From Bacteroidota bacterium (GTDB lineage: Bacteria; Bacteroidota; Bacteroidia; Bacteroidales; UBA4417), in NCBI GenBank assembly GCA_022711175.1, contig JAKLFM010000003.1:52709-116708 (forward strand): DNA of 64,000 bases, read 5' to 3'. A model generated the notes under the pieces. That model was not told the origin of the DNA, did not search any database, and saw only the letters and a program-made list of their open reading frames with translations. A program made the translations under genes and the position numbers. Shown here one piece after another: positions 8,649 to 17,877 of this stretch. The first letter of the stretch is position 1; each line of letters opens with the position of its first letter.

Positions 8649-10667
8649 ATGAGGAAAAAATTGTACCTCGCCATCTGCATCCTGCTTTCAGCAATTCCGG
8701 GCTTTGCTCAGCAAACCGATCCAAACAACGGGCTCAAACACTGGATGACTCCTGAAGAGGCATTACAGCGTGATTTGATTGGACGCGGTTTTGTTGAAAC
8801 TGATCCTCCTACCGGTATTATTCGCAATGTTGAGGAATTTGGCCCTGCCGAGGGTGTTCTCATCCGCTATCCTTTCGGAATACCTCTTAACCTGATCAAA
8901 GAAATGGCCGAAAGCGACACCGTTACTACCATTGTTTCAAGTTCATCGCAACAGGCTACCGTCACTTCGCAGTATCAGGCCAACGGGATGAACCTGAACC
9001 ATTGCAAATTTCTTATTGCTCCTACAAATACTTACTGGACAAGAGATTATGGCCCATGGTATGTTACTTATGGCGACAAGGAAGTTGGCATTGTTGATTT
9101 CCCTTATAACCGCCCGCGTCCCAACGACGATGAAATCCCGAAGAAAGTTGCCACTTCATTAGGAATAGAGTGGTTTGGTATGAATGTAATTCATACCGGC
9201 GGCAATTATATGACCGATGGAACCGGCCAGGCTTCTTCAACAACACTTGTTTGGGATGAGAATCCCTCGCAAACACATGAGCAAATAGCTCAAAAAGTGC
9301 ATGATTATCTGGGGATTGACAATTACATGGTTGTTGCCGATCCAAACGGAACGTACATTGACCATATCGACTGCTGGGGTAAGTTTCTTGCACCAGATAA
9401 AGTGCTAATCCGTAAAGTTCCGTTTTCTCATCCGCAGTACTCATTAATCGAGAGCACTGCTGCTTATTATGCAACGCAAAACTCATCGTACGGCACACCT
9501 TACCGGGTTTACCGCGTGAATACGCCTAATGATGAACCTTATACCAACTCATATATCCTCAACAGGAAAGTATTTGTTCCCATCATGGGAAACAGCAATG
9601 ATGCCGCAGCCATACAGGCATACCAGGCTGCCATGCCGGGATATGAAGTGCTGGGTTTCCTTGGCAATCCATCAACTCCCTGGGAATCTACCGATGCATT
9701 GCATTGCCGTACCCATGAGATGGCCGATCGGGGTATGCTATACATTGAACATTTGCCCCTGACGGGTGTAAAACCTGCACAGTTTGAATTCGACATTGAT
9801 GCCGAAATCACCGCTTTCAGTAATCAACCTGTTTATACCGATTCAACCTGGGTTATATACAAGGTGAATTCAGCCGGGTGGGACACTCTTGCACTTACCC
9901 ATATTAGTGGTAATCACTGGCATACTGCTCTGCCGGGACAAATGGAAGGCGATACTGTATCATACTTTATCACGGCAGCCGATGCTTCGGGACGCAGGCA
10001 GAACCACCCGTATATCGGCGCCCCCGATCCGCATGTTTTTATCATCAAAATTTCAAATCCGCCGGATGTGGTTTGCGCACCCGACACCCTGAAGTTTACT
10101 ACATGGGAGGATATGTTTTATGGCAAATCATTCATTACCAGGAACTTTTCAACACAGCCGGTAGTAATCAGCCATATCGACCAGGAAGACCTGATTCCAT
10201 TTTCCTGGAACATTGATCCATGGAATATAAGTTTGCCATACACGATAAACAGCGGCGATTCGCTTGCACTAAATGTGAGGATTAATATACCAGCAAGCAG
10301 GAGCGATGTGCAGTGCGACAGTCTTCGAGTGGTAACCAGCGAATCTTTGGTACATAACATTCAGCTCTGTCTCGACCTTGATTTGTTCACCGGGACAAGC
10401 CAATTACCGGAATCGCAATCCGGATTGAAGGTTTTCCCAAATCCTGTAAATGGAGAAGCCACAATACAGCTTCCTGCCTCGCTTATCGGGAACTCTCACA
10501 TTGAGGTATTTTCATCAGACGGCACACTTATGCAAACGCTTAATGTTAATAGCAAGAACAGTCATCAGATGAACTGGACTACAGCTTCGTTACCGGAAGG
10601 AATTTATTTGTTAAAATTGAATGACAGGAATCACGTCAGCACAACAAAGGTGTTGATAAACAGATAG
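8649..10667 (+). CDS. Secreted Porphyromonas-type peptidylarginine deiminase (PPAD-like, PAD_porph/agmatine deiminase superfamily) with Ig-like region and T9SS C-terminal domain
   Basis: 672-aa ORF with signal peptide MRKKLYLAICILLSAIPGFAQ. Guanidino-modifying enzyme motifs are present: YWTRDYGPW, YNRPRPNDDE, GGNYMTDGTG, DHIDCWGK and the catalytic TDALHCRTHE. The C-terminus (VFPNPVNGEATIQLP...GIYLLKLNDRNH...VLINR) fits a T9SS CTD. Confidence 0.85.
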   Translation: MRKKLYLAICILLSAIPGFAQQTDPNNGLKHWMTPEEALQRDLIGRGFVETDPPTGIIRNVEEFGPAEGVLIRYPFGIPLNLIKEMAESDTVTTIVSSSSQQATVTSQYQANGMNLNHCKFLIAPTNTYWTRDYGPWYVTYGDKEVGIVDFPYNRPRPNDDEIPKKVATSLGIEWFGMNVIHTGGNYMTDGTGQASSTTLVWDENPSQTHEQIAQKVHDYLGIDNYMVVADPNGTYIDHIDCWGKFLAPDKVLIRKVPFSHPQYSLIESTAAYYATQNSSYGTPYRVYRVNTPNDEPYTNSYILNRKVFVPIMGNSNDAAAIQAYQAAMPGYEVLGFLGNPSTPWESTDALHCRTHEMADRGMLYIEHLPLTGVKPAQFEFDIDAEITAFSNQPVYTDSTWVIYKVNSAGWDTLALTHISGNHWHTALPGQMEGDTVSYFITAADASGRRQNHPYIGAPDPHVFIIKISNPPDVVCAPDTLKFTTWEDMFYGKSFITRNFSTQPVVISHIDQEDLIPFSWNIDPWNISLPYTINSGDSLALNVRINIPASRSDVQCDSLRVVTSESLVHNIQLCLDLDLFTGTSQLPESQSGLKVFPNPVNGEATIQLPASLIGNSHIEVFSSDGTLMQTLNVNSKNSHQMNWTTASLPEGIYLLKLNDRNHVSTTKVLINR

Positions 10668-10873
10668 ATATATCTACAACAGGATTGATCTGAACTTCGC
10701 CTGAATATTGTTTTGGTTGAAGAAAAAGCAATCAAAGAGCATCGCTTTTGTATTGTTTTGATGAAGTTTTACCATCAGGAGATATTTCTTTTCTGTTGAA
10801 ACAGAACCGGTGCTTGCAGGATTAGCATAAAATTGTCATACATTAGCAACATGTAACCCAAAAATCCCGCATT

Positions 10874-12202
10874 TTGCTAAAGAGAAAAGATGTACAAGCC
10901 ATTAAAAAAGGTGACCGCAGGGTTGTTAATGGCTGGGTAATGTACGACTGGGCTAATTCGGTTTACCAGCTTACCATTGCCTCCGCGATTTTCCCAATTT
11001 ACTATAATTCAGTAACCCGATCCGATGGCGGTTTTGTCGTTTCGTTTTTCGGGGCACCGGTTATTAACACAGTGCTCTATTCGTGGGCAATAGCAGCGGC
11101 ATATCTCATTGTTGCCGTGGGCTCGCCCTTGTTATCATCCATGGCCGATTATACCGGCCGCCGGAAAGGATTTATGAGAACATTCACCATAATTGGCGCT
11201 GTTGCCTGTGGTGCATTGTTCTTTTTCAACAAGGACACCGTTGAGCTGGGTATCATTGCTTTTACCCTTGGAACCATTGGTTACGGCGGGAGCATCGTTT
11301 TTTACAATTCGTTCCTGCCGGTTATTGCCCGCCCCGAAGACCAGGACCGTATTAGCGCCAGGGGTTATTCGATGGGTTACCTCGGGGGTGTGGTTTTGTT
11401 GCTGATCAACCTGCTTATGATTATGAAACCTTTGTGGTTCGGCTTACCCACTGACAGCAGTCTGCCCGCAAGGATTTCGTTTGTTACCGTTTTCCTTTGG
11501 TGGCTGGGGTTTTCGCAAATCACTTTCAGCAGGCTGCCCAAATACACTTTCCGTAAAAGGATGCACCGGGCAAAAGTGCTGACAAACGGCTATCGCGAAC
11601 TACGGCTGGTATTTAAACAGGTACGTAAGTCGTTTCAGCTGCGTACTTACCTGCTGGGCTTCTTTTTTATGATGATGGGGTTGCTTACAACCATGTTTAT
11701 GGCCGCAACTTTTGGCGAGAAAGAGGTGGGCGTGCCCGAAGATATGCTCATACTTACAATCCTCATCATACAACTTGTTGGTATGTTCGGCGCATGGCTG
11801 TTTTCGCGCTTATCAGGCAAAATCGGTAACCTCAGGGCGCTGGTAATTTCAATCGTGACGTGGGTGCTTATATGCGTATATGCATATACCATCAAAGATA
11901 CCATAGGTTTTATGATTGCGGCTTTCTTTATCGGTATTGTAATGGGCGGTTCGCAATCGCTTGCCCGGTCAACCTATTCAAAAATGCTGCCCGAAACTAC
12001 CGACCATACATCTTTTTTTAGTTTTTACGATGTAATGGAAAAACTGGCTACAGTAGCAGGTACCTTCAGTTTTGGAATTATTGAAGCCATCACCGGCAGT
12101 ATGCGCTTTTCGGTACTTGCTATAACCGGTTTCTTTATTGTTTCGCTGATTTTCATGTTGTTACTGCTTCGCAGAAACGAAAGAAACAAAGTGGTGATCT
12201 GA
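10874..12202 (+). CDS. MFS transporter, UMF1 (Atg22-like) family
   Basis: 442-aa polytopic membrane protein. The N-terminal VNGWVMYDWANSVYQ motif is typical of the UMF1 family. The start appears to be TTG at 10874, since there is no in-frame ATG before the conserved motif. Confidence 0.75.
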   Translation: MLKRKDVQAIKKGDRRVVNGWVMYDWANSVYQLTIASAIFPIYYNSVTRSDGGFVVSFFGAPVINTVLYSWAIAAAYLIVAVGSPLLSSMADYTGRRKGFMRTFTIIGAVACGALFFFNKDTVELGIIAFTLGTIGYGGSIVFYNSFLPVIARPEDQDRISARGYSMGYLGGVVLLLINLLMIMKPLWFGLPTDSSLPARISFVTVFLWWLGFSQITFSRLPKYTFRKRMHRAKVLTNGYRELRLVFKQVRKSFQLRTYLLGFFFMMMGLLTTMFMAATFGEKEVGVPEDMLILTILIIQLVGMFGAWLFSRLSGKIGNLRALVISIVTWVLICVYAYTIKDTIGFMIAAFFIGIVMGGSQSLARSTYSKMLPETTDHTSFFSFYDVMEKLATVAGTFSFGIIEAITGSMRFSVLAITGFFIVSLIFMLLLLRRNERNKVVI

Positions 12203-12391
12203 TAATCTCGCGAATTTGTACTCCTCTGCATTTGATTTCAAACCAAGCCGGCAATACTTTTTGCAGGTTCAAAAGAAGAACTTTCACAGACGGGGAAGTT
12301 GTCTCTAACGTTCAGATCTTTTATTCCGGACTGGCTATCACTGGCCCTGGCCTAATTAAGGATTTCGACCGGCTTAGAATGGTGTGTATCT

Positions 12392-12428
12392 TAAAAAATA
12401 AAAAACCGGCTCCTCGCGAAGCCGGTTT
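12392..12428 (-). terminator. Rho-independent terminator for the minus-strand LVIVD gene
   Basis: 9-bp stem aaaccggct / agccggttt (12403-12411 / 12420-12428). The plus-strand A-run at 12394-12405 gives a T-run after the hairpin on the minus strand. Confidence 0.6.
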
Positions 12429-12444
12429 CATCCCAGGTAACCAA

Positions 12445-13749
12445 TTAACCACCAATGGGAATTTTGCTGATCAGGGTTATATTATTGAGGTTTGAATAAT
12501 CGTATTGATAAATTCCGTCAGCCGCCAGCAGAATGAGTACATTCCCCATAGGAATAACATCGTGTGCCGTTACATCGGTGAAGGTTTTCAGCAGGTGTTC
12601 GTCAATTCTCAGCCGGTCGGTGGCATCGTAAATCTTAAGTCCCGCACTGCCATCGCAGATAAACAGTTTGTTGTTATCTATTCCCAGCCCCCAGGGCTCG
12701 GTCATGGCATAGCTTTTAACAAGTTGCGGGCTTGTAATCACGTGAATGTCTATCACTTCCATCAGGTTTTGCCAGTTTCCGCAACGGTTGCCTGCCCGTT
12801 CGGTCACATAGGCATAACCATCCTGCACAACAACGGGGTCGCAGCTTTGAAAGTGATTATATTCCGAAACATATGTCGGATTCGAGGGTACTGAAATATC
12901 ATATACGAGCATGCCCGTTTGGGTTCCGATGAACAGATAAATGCCTTCGATAAACACCGTTTCGGCCACCCTTTGAAGCGCTATTTTTTTACCAACAACA
13001 GGATTTTCGGGCGATGCAATATCAATCACCTGCATATCGGTTTGGTTTAAGCCATAGAATTGTCCGTTATTGATGATGAAACGGGCAAGCGAGCCGCCGA
13101 CACCGATGGTTTGGGTAGAAGTGAATGATCCACCTCCACCACCGCTAATGGCATTGGTTTCGGTCTTGGCGAACGAATTGAGGGCAAAATCATAGAAATA
13201 AACAGGGTGCGAATAATCCTCTATCTCTTCTGTAATTGATTGTACTTTCCATCCGGTGATCACACCTTTGCTTTGGTCAATTGAAGCGATGGGGTACGAA
13301 GAGTTTTCGCTGTTCAGTTCGGGAATGGTGTAAGGGAAAATGTCCTTTATCCTGGCCACTTCCCGCGGGCTTTCCATGTCGCTGATGTCAATCACCACCA
13401 GGTCAACATAGCTGTCGGCATATAGATAATTGCCAATTATGGCAAGGTCAACATTGCCGGGAATCCAGATTGTAGTCACGTTCAGCGGGTTTGCCGGGTC
13501 GGAGTTATCAAAAACGTGTATTCCCTTGTATTTTTCGTTTACATACAGGTAGTTGTCCTTAATATATATCTTCCCCTGAACTTCTACCTCGGTGGCTGCC
13601 GATGACTTAACCGGCTGTCGCATTTCGTCGTACGACATATACTCAGGCACATTGGCGGTATAAGTGCGCTTTTCGATAAATGTATCTTTGCAGCCTGTCA
13701 AAAAGCCTGCAATCGCCAATACCAGGAAAGCTAATTGTTTTGTTTTCAT
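12445..13749 (-). CDS. LVIVD-repeat beta-propeller lipoprotein
   Basis: 434 aa with a lipoprotein signal (MKTKQLAFLVLAIAGFLTGC). Repeated LVIVD-type strands are visible: DLVVIDISDMESP, MQVIDIASPENP, MLVYDISVPSNP, LMEVIDIHVITSP, LKIYDATD. Confidence 0.7.
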   Translation of the reverse strand: MKTKQLAFLVLAIAGFLTGCKDTFIEKRTYTANVPEYMSYDEMRQPVKSSAATEVEVQGKIYIKDNYLYVNEKYKGIHVFDNSDPANPLNVTTIWIPGNVDLAIIGNYLYADSYVDLVVIDISDMESPREVARIKDIFPYTIPELNSENSSYPIASIDQSKGVITGWKVQSITEEIEDYSHPVYFYDFALNSFAKTETNAISGGGGGSFTSTQTIGVGGSLARFIINNGQFYGLNQTDMQVIDIASPENPVVGKKIALQRVAETVFIEGIYLFIGTQTGMLVYDISVPSNPTYVSEYNHFQSCDPVVVQDGYAYVTERAGNRCGNWQNLMEVIDIHVITSPQLVKSYAMTEPWGLGIDNNKLFICDGSAGLKIYDATDRLRIDEHLLKTFTDVTAHDVIPMGNVLILLAADGIYQYDYSNLNNITLISKIPIGG

Positions 13750-13807
13750 CGTTTTATGTTGAGTTAGGGTTTACTGAATAATGATGGTACAACCTTGAAG
13801 AAAGTTT

Positions 13808-14536
13808 TCAGTTGAACACAATTCCAACCGAAAGAGCAATGCGGTTAAATTTGTCGATACGCTCGGTTCGGTACTCCTCAGACCACCAGTAATAATATTG
13901 GTTGACTGTTTTGGTTTGTTGATAACGATATCCTATGCTGAAAATGAAAGCATTGCGATTGGCAAAGTCTTTCCGCAGCCCAATGCCGGCTCCAAAAAGA
14001 GGACCTCCGTGAAATTTGGTGTTTTCGCCTTCCTGGTTAGTCGCCAATGGCAAAGCAAAACCGGCATGAGAATAAATAAATGGTGTAAATCCGCCTTTGA
14101 GGATGTTGTACCTGACATCGGCAAAAACAGGAAGCCCGGCAGTTTTAAAACATTCAACCCCAATCCCTGCCCCTGCTGATAGCCTGCAAGGGAACCTGTA
14201 TGAAGTAATGGTGGTAAATCCTCCGTTCGAAGCACTGCCACCAAAAATTGACACAAGCGGTGTTACTTCAACCGCAGCAGGCTTCGATTCTCTCTCTCTG
14301 AATGGGAGTTTTTCACGAAGAAGCAGATGATCTATCTCTTCTTCAGGAATTACGACAATATTTGAACCAACAATTTCAATTTTTGTGTACCTGCCTATTT
14401 CATTTTCAATGATCCTGCCCCGCAGAATACTTCCGTTTTTGAGGTAAACTGCATCCTGCTTTATTGGCTGTGCTTTGAGCATATTCATCGAAAGTAAGAT
14501 CACAGACAAAACAAGGGTGATTAACGATAATTTCAT
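13808..14536 (-). CDS. Hypothetical secreted protein, probable outer-membrane beta-barrel
   Basis: 242 aa with signal peptide MKLSLITLVLSVILLSMNMLKAQ. The C-terminal half has alternating Gly/aromatic-rich strands and ends in an aromatic residue region (GIVFN). No family was recognised. Confidence 0.5.
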   Translation of the reverse strand: MKLSLITLVLSVILLSMNMLKAQPIKQDAVYLKNGSILRGRIIENEIGRYTKIEIVGSNIVVIPEEEIDHLLLREKLPFRERESKPAAVEVTPLVSIFGGSASNGGFTTITSYRFPCRLSAGAGIGVECFKTAGLPVFADVRYNILKGGFTPFIYSHAGFALPLATNQEGENTKFHGGPLFGAGIGLRKDFANRNAFIFSIGYRYQQTKTVNQYYYWWSEEYRTERIDKFNRIALSVGIVFN

Positions 14537-14604
14537 TAAGGTGGCTAATTGGTATCATTAAAGGGCGTTGCTTTCGAAGTAAGGTTGTATGCCTGACAAT
14601 AATT

Positions 14605-14637
14605 TAATAAAAAACCCGGAAGTTTTTAGTTCCGGGT
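14605..14637 (-). terminator. Rho-independent terminator for the tryptophanase-family gene
   Basis: 8-bp stem acccggaa / ttccgggt (14614-14621 / 14630-14637). The plus-strand A-run just upstream gives a T-run after the hairpin on the minus strand. Confidence 0.6.
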
Positions 14638-14660
14638 AATTCAAGCTAGTCTCAAATCAG

Positions 14661-16040
14661 TTATTCGGCCCGTTTGAGCCTGACGGTAAAATGCCTCAGG
14701 ATAGGAGCCTCATATTCAATGGTAAAGCCTTTCCTGATTCCTTCTTTGCGCTCAAAAACATTGGCAAGCGAGGCAGCGATATAGTCCATATGGTTAAAGG
14801 TATAAACCCGCCTGGGTATTGCCAGCCGAACCAATTCCAGCGCCGGGAACCGGTTTTCGCGTGTCACGGGATCGCGGTCGGCCATGATGGCTCCTATTTC
14901 AACACCACGTACACCACCTTCAATATATAATTCTACAGCCAAAGTCTGGGCCCTGAATTCCTCCTTCGGGATATGGGATAGGAATTTATTGGCATCAATA
15001 AAAATGGCATGCCCGCCGTATGGTTTTTGAACTGCTATGCCATATTCGGTGAGTTTTGTGCCAAGATGAGCAACCTGCCTGATGCGCGATTCGAGGTATT
15101 CGAATTCGGTGGCTTCGTAAAGCCCTCGCGCAAGAGCACCCATATCGCGCCCGGCCTGGCCTCCATAAGTAATGAAGCCTTCGAACATGATATTGTAAAC
15201 CGATGCCTGCTGGTGCAGTTCCTTGCTTCGCATACCAATAAGCCCGCCGATGTTAACAATTCCGTCCTTCTTGCTGCTCATGGTCATGGCATCAGCAAGC
15301 GAAAACATATCGGCAACAATTTCACGAATGGTACGTTGTTCCTGACCTTTTTCACGCACTTTGATGAAATAGGCATTTTCGGCAAAACGGGCAGAATCGT
15401 ATATCAGCGGAATACCATACTTTTTTGCCAGGGCACTTACTCCGCGCAAGTTTTCGAGCGAAACCGGCTGCCCTCCTGATGAATTGCAGGTGAGGGTTAC
15501 AATAATGAAGGGAATTCGCTCCTTGGGGTTGATTTTAAGGATTCTCTCAAGCTTGTCCAGATCAACATTGCCTTTAAAAGGATGTTCGATGGTGGTATCG
15601 AAAGCCTCGTCAATGGTGCAATCAATGGCTGTTGCCTGCCTGAATTCGATGTGACCCTTTGTAGTGTCGAAATGCGAATTGCCCGGAACCAGGTCGCCGG
15701 GTTTTACCAGCACGCTGAAAAGCACATTTTCGGCTCCCCGCCCCTGGTGTGTAGGCAAAAAATATTCGAAACCGAAGATATCGGTAACTGCGTCTTTCAA
15801 TTTGAAATACGACGATGATCCGGCATAGCTTTCGTCACCAAGCATAATTTCGCTCCACTGACGGTCGCTCATGGCGCCGGTACCTGAATCGGTAAGCAGG
15901 TCAATATAAACCTGGTCGCTCTTAAGGTTAAACAGGTTATAGCCGGCTTCTTTAATCCAATGGAGGCGTTGCTCGCGCGTACTGCAGCGAATGGGCTCAA
16001 CCATTTTTATTTTGTAGGGTTCTGCAAAGGGTAGTTCCAT
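14661..16040 (-). CDS. tnaA: Beta-eliminating lyase: tryptophanase / tyrosine phenol-lyase family (PLP-dependent)
   Basis: 459 aa. The N-terminus (FAEPYKIKMVEPI...YIDLLTDSGTGAMSDRQWSEIMLGDESYAGS) and the PLP-lysine segment (MSSKKDGIVNIGG) match TnaA/Tpl sequences from memory. I cannot separate the indole-forming from the phenol-forming subtype by eye. Confidence 0.85.
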   Translation of the reverse strand: MELPFAEPYKIKMVEPIRCSTREQRLHWIKEAGYNLFNLKSDQVYIDLLTDSGTGAMSDRQWSEIMLGDESYAGSSSYFKLKDAVTDIFGFEYFLPTHQGRGAENVLFSVLVKPGDLVPGNSHFDTTKGHIEFRQATAIDCTIDEAFDTTIEHPFKGNVDLDKLERILKINPKERIPFIIVTLTCNSSGGQPVSLENLRGVSALAKKYGIPLIYDSARFAENAYFIKVREKGQEQRTIREIVADMFSLADAMTMSSKKDGIVNIGGLIGMRSKELHQQASVYNIMFEGFITYGGQAGRDMGALARGLYEATEFEYLESRIRQVAHLGTKLTEYGIAVQKPYGGHAIFIDANKFLSHIPKEEFRAQTLAVELYIEGGVRGVEIGAIMADRDPVTRENRFPALELVRLAIPRRVYTFNHMDYIAASLANVFERKEGIRKGFTIEYEAPILRHFTVRLKRAE

Positions 16041-16195
16041 TTTTTTACTTTTAATAAGATGATAATAAGTTGCACTAAATGAAATAGTTGATCTTAGAAA
16101 GGGAAGTTGTCCCGTTCCTTGATATTCAGGAAAATTGTCTTTTTTGAGGCACTTACTTGCATGATCAGTACCTTTAGAAATAGTATGGAACGAGT

Positions 16196-16203
16196 CAAAT
16201 ATA
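16196..16203 (-). promoter_or_regulatory. Candidate -7 promoter element for the tryptophanase-family gene
   Basis: Plus-strand caaatata is tatatttg on the minus strand and matches TAnnTTTG. It lies ~156 nt upstream of the ATG at 16040, implying a long leader. Confidence 0.3.
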
Positions 16204-16282
16204 CAATATTTTATACGAATGCAATAAATTTAGATTTTTACAGTATAAAAATGATGTGATTTTGAAAAATAAGCTATTGAAT

Positions 16283-17662
16283 ATGAAATCATTAATTCAA
16301 ATCCTGTTGTGTTTATCGGTTGCATTCGCATTCTATCCGGCATGTAAACCGCAGCAAAACCGACCCAATGCCGTAATTGAAAAAGGTAAGGTGATTACCG
16401 AAATCAAGTGCGCCGCCGATACAACCGTTAGTTATGCGTTGTTTCTTCCCTACAATTACGATAATGCATCCGCATGGCCTGTCATCATTGCTTTTGACCC
16501 TCATGCAGCAGGTCACTTACCGGTAGAACTGTTCGCGGCCGAAGCCGGAAAATGTGGTTTTGTGGTTGCCGGCTCTAATAACTCAAAGAACGGAATGGAT
16601 TTCAATCAGGTAACTGAAATTTATAAAAAGATGCTGAGCGATCTGGTATCAAGGTTTAACATTGATACAGGATGCATTTATACGTTAGGTTTTTCAGGTG
16701 GGGGCAGAATTGCGGGCTCACTGGCTATGACCGAAAGGGGAATTTCCGGGGTCGTAAGTTGTGGCGCAGGGTTGCAGGCTACGGGACAACCGCCGGTACA
16801 ACCCTTTAGTTTTCTTGGCGTTGCCGGTAATGGCGATTTCAACTGGACCGAACTTGCCATCATTGATCCGCAACTTGAGCAAGCCGGGTTTGTGCATCAT
16901 TTTCTTGATTTTTCCGGCAAACATGAATGGCCACCCAGTGAAATTTTGACCCAAATAATGGATTGGATACAGTTCGATGCCATGCGCAAGGGCAAAATAC
17001 CGATTAACAGGAATGCGATCAACCGGTTCATTGATCAAAACGACAGTATTGCCAATCTGCCTTATGTTGCAGAAAATCCTTATGAACAGTGGAAAGTATA
17101 TGTGAAAATGAAACATTATCTGCAAGGATTAACTGATGTTTCGGCGCTGGAAGGAATGCTTGTCCGGCTCGAAAAAGATCCTGTTTTAAAGCAAAAGCAG
17201 CAGGAAATTCAGGAACAGATAAAACTCGAACAAAATCGGAGAGAACATTACGCTTCAATGCTCCCTGCTCCCGATCCGGAATTCTGGAAAACCGAATCAA
17301 TAAAGCTCCGGACCTTGTCTCAAAATATGCAAGAAAATAATAATGCGCAGGTTTACAGCAGATTGCTCGGATTTTTGAGTTTATCATCGTATATGTATTG
17401 CAACAACGCGCTGAAACAAAACAACCTTGAATCAGCCGGCAAATATGTTGAAATATACGGCCAGGTCGATCCGGGGAACCCTGAGCATCAATATCTCGCA
17501 GCGATAATCGCAGCCAGGAAGCAGAACAAGCATGCTGTTATCAAGGCACTTACTTCAGCCCTAGAACTGGGTTTTAAAGACAAAGCCCGCTTGATGGCTG
17601 ATCCTGAGTTTGCAGATTACCATGGTAAGAGTGAATTTGAGGCTATTCTGCGACAGTTATAA
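16283..17662 (+). CDS. Lipoprotein with an alpha/beta-hydrolase (esterase-like) N-domain and a helical TPR-like C-domain
   Basis: The track ORF starts at GTG 16256, but the ATG at 16283 gives a lipoprotein signal (MKSLIQILLCLSVAFAFYPAC). GFSGGG is a nucleophile-elbow GxSxG motif. The C-terminal ~170 aa are helical and repeat-like. Confidence 0.6.
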   Translation: MKSLIQILLCLSVAFAFYPACKPQQNRPNAVIEKGKVITEIKCAADTTVSYALFLPYNYDNASAWPVIIAFDPHAAGHLPVELFAAEAGKCGFVVAGSNNSKNGMDFNQVTEIYKKMLSDLVSRFNIDTGCIYTLGFSGGGRIAGSLAMTERGISGVVSCGAGLQATGQPPVQPFSFLGVAGNGDFNWTELAIIDPQLEQAGFVHHFLDFSGKHEWPPSEILTQIMDWIQFDAMRKGKIPINRNAINRFIDQNDSIANLPYVAENPYEQWKVYVKMKHYLQGLTDVSALEGMLVRLEKDPVLKQKQQEIQEQIKLEQNRREHYASMLPAPDPEFWKTESIKLRTLSQNMQENNNAQVYSRLLGFLSLSSYMYCNNALKQNNLESAGKYVEIYGQVDPGNPEHQYLAAIIAARKQNKHAVIKALTSALELGFKDKARLMADPEFADYHGKSEFEAILRQL

Positions 17663-17877
17663 GATGGTTCAACAGTTAGATTTCAAGATTTTGAAGCGAA
17701 CAAGTTGCTTATCGAACACCCATCTAATCGCCTCTCTTAATAATACCGTGAAAATCAGTTGTATTTGCTGATAATTAATGAGTTAAATGTACTTTGGTCG
17801 AATACCCTCACAACTCTTTTGTTTTTCCGTTGCCTCTAAATTCTTTGTAATTTCGTTCAAAATTCATCCCTAAACTC

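Noticed and set aside
10668-10873. A short hairpin (ttctgtt-ga-aacagaa) and AT-rich stretch between the deiminase and MFS genes, considered as a terminator or riboswitch.
   Set aside because: The stem is only 6-7 bp with a 2-4 nt loop and no following T-run. I recognised no conserved riboswitch-like structure.
12232-12495. 87-aa plus-strand ORF between the MFS gene and the LVIVD gene.
   Set aside because: It runs straight through the terminator hairpin at 12403-12428 and into the 3' end of the convergent gene. It has no signal or motif.
16094-16162. A 22-codon minus-strand uORF (MQVSASKKTIFLNIKERDNFPF) in the long leader of the tryptophanase-family gene, considered as a TnaC-like regulatory leader peptide.
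   Set aside because: It contains no Trp or Tyr codon, has no conserved TnaC-like C-terminal Pro context and shows no obvious translation initiation signal. The candidate promoter that implies a long leader is itself weak. It is mentioned only so it can be checked against relatives.
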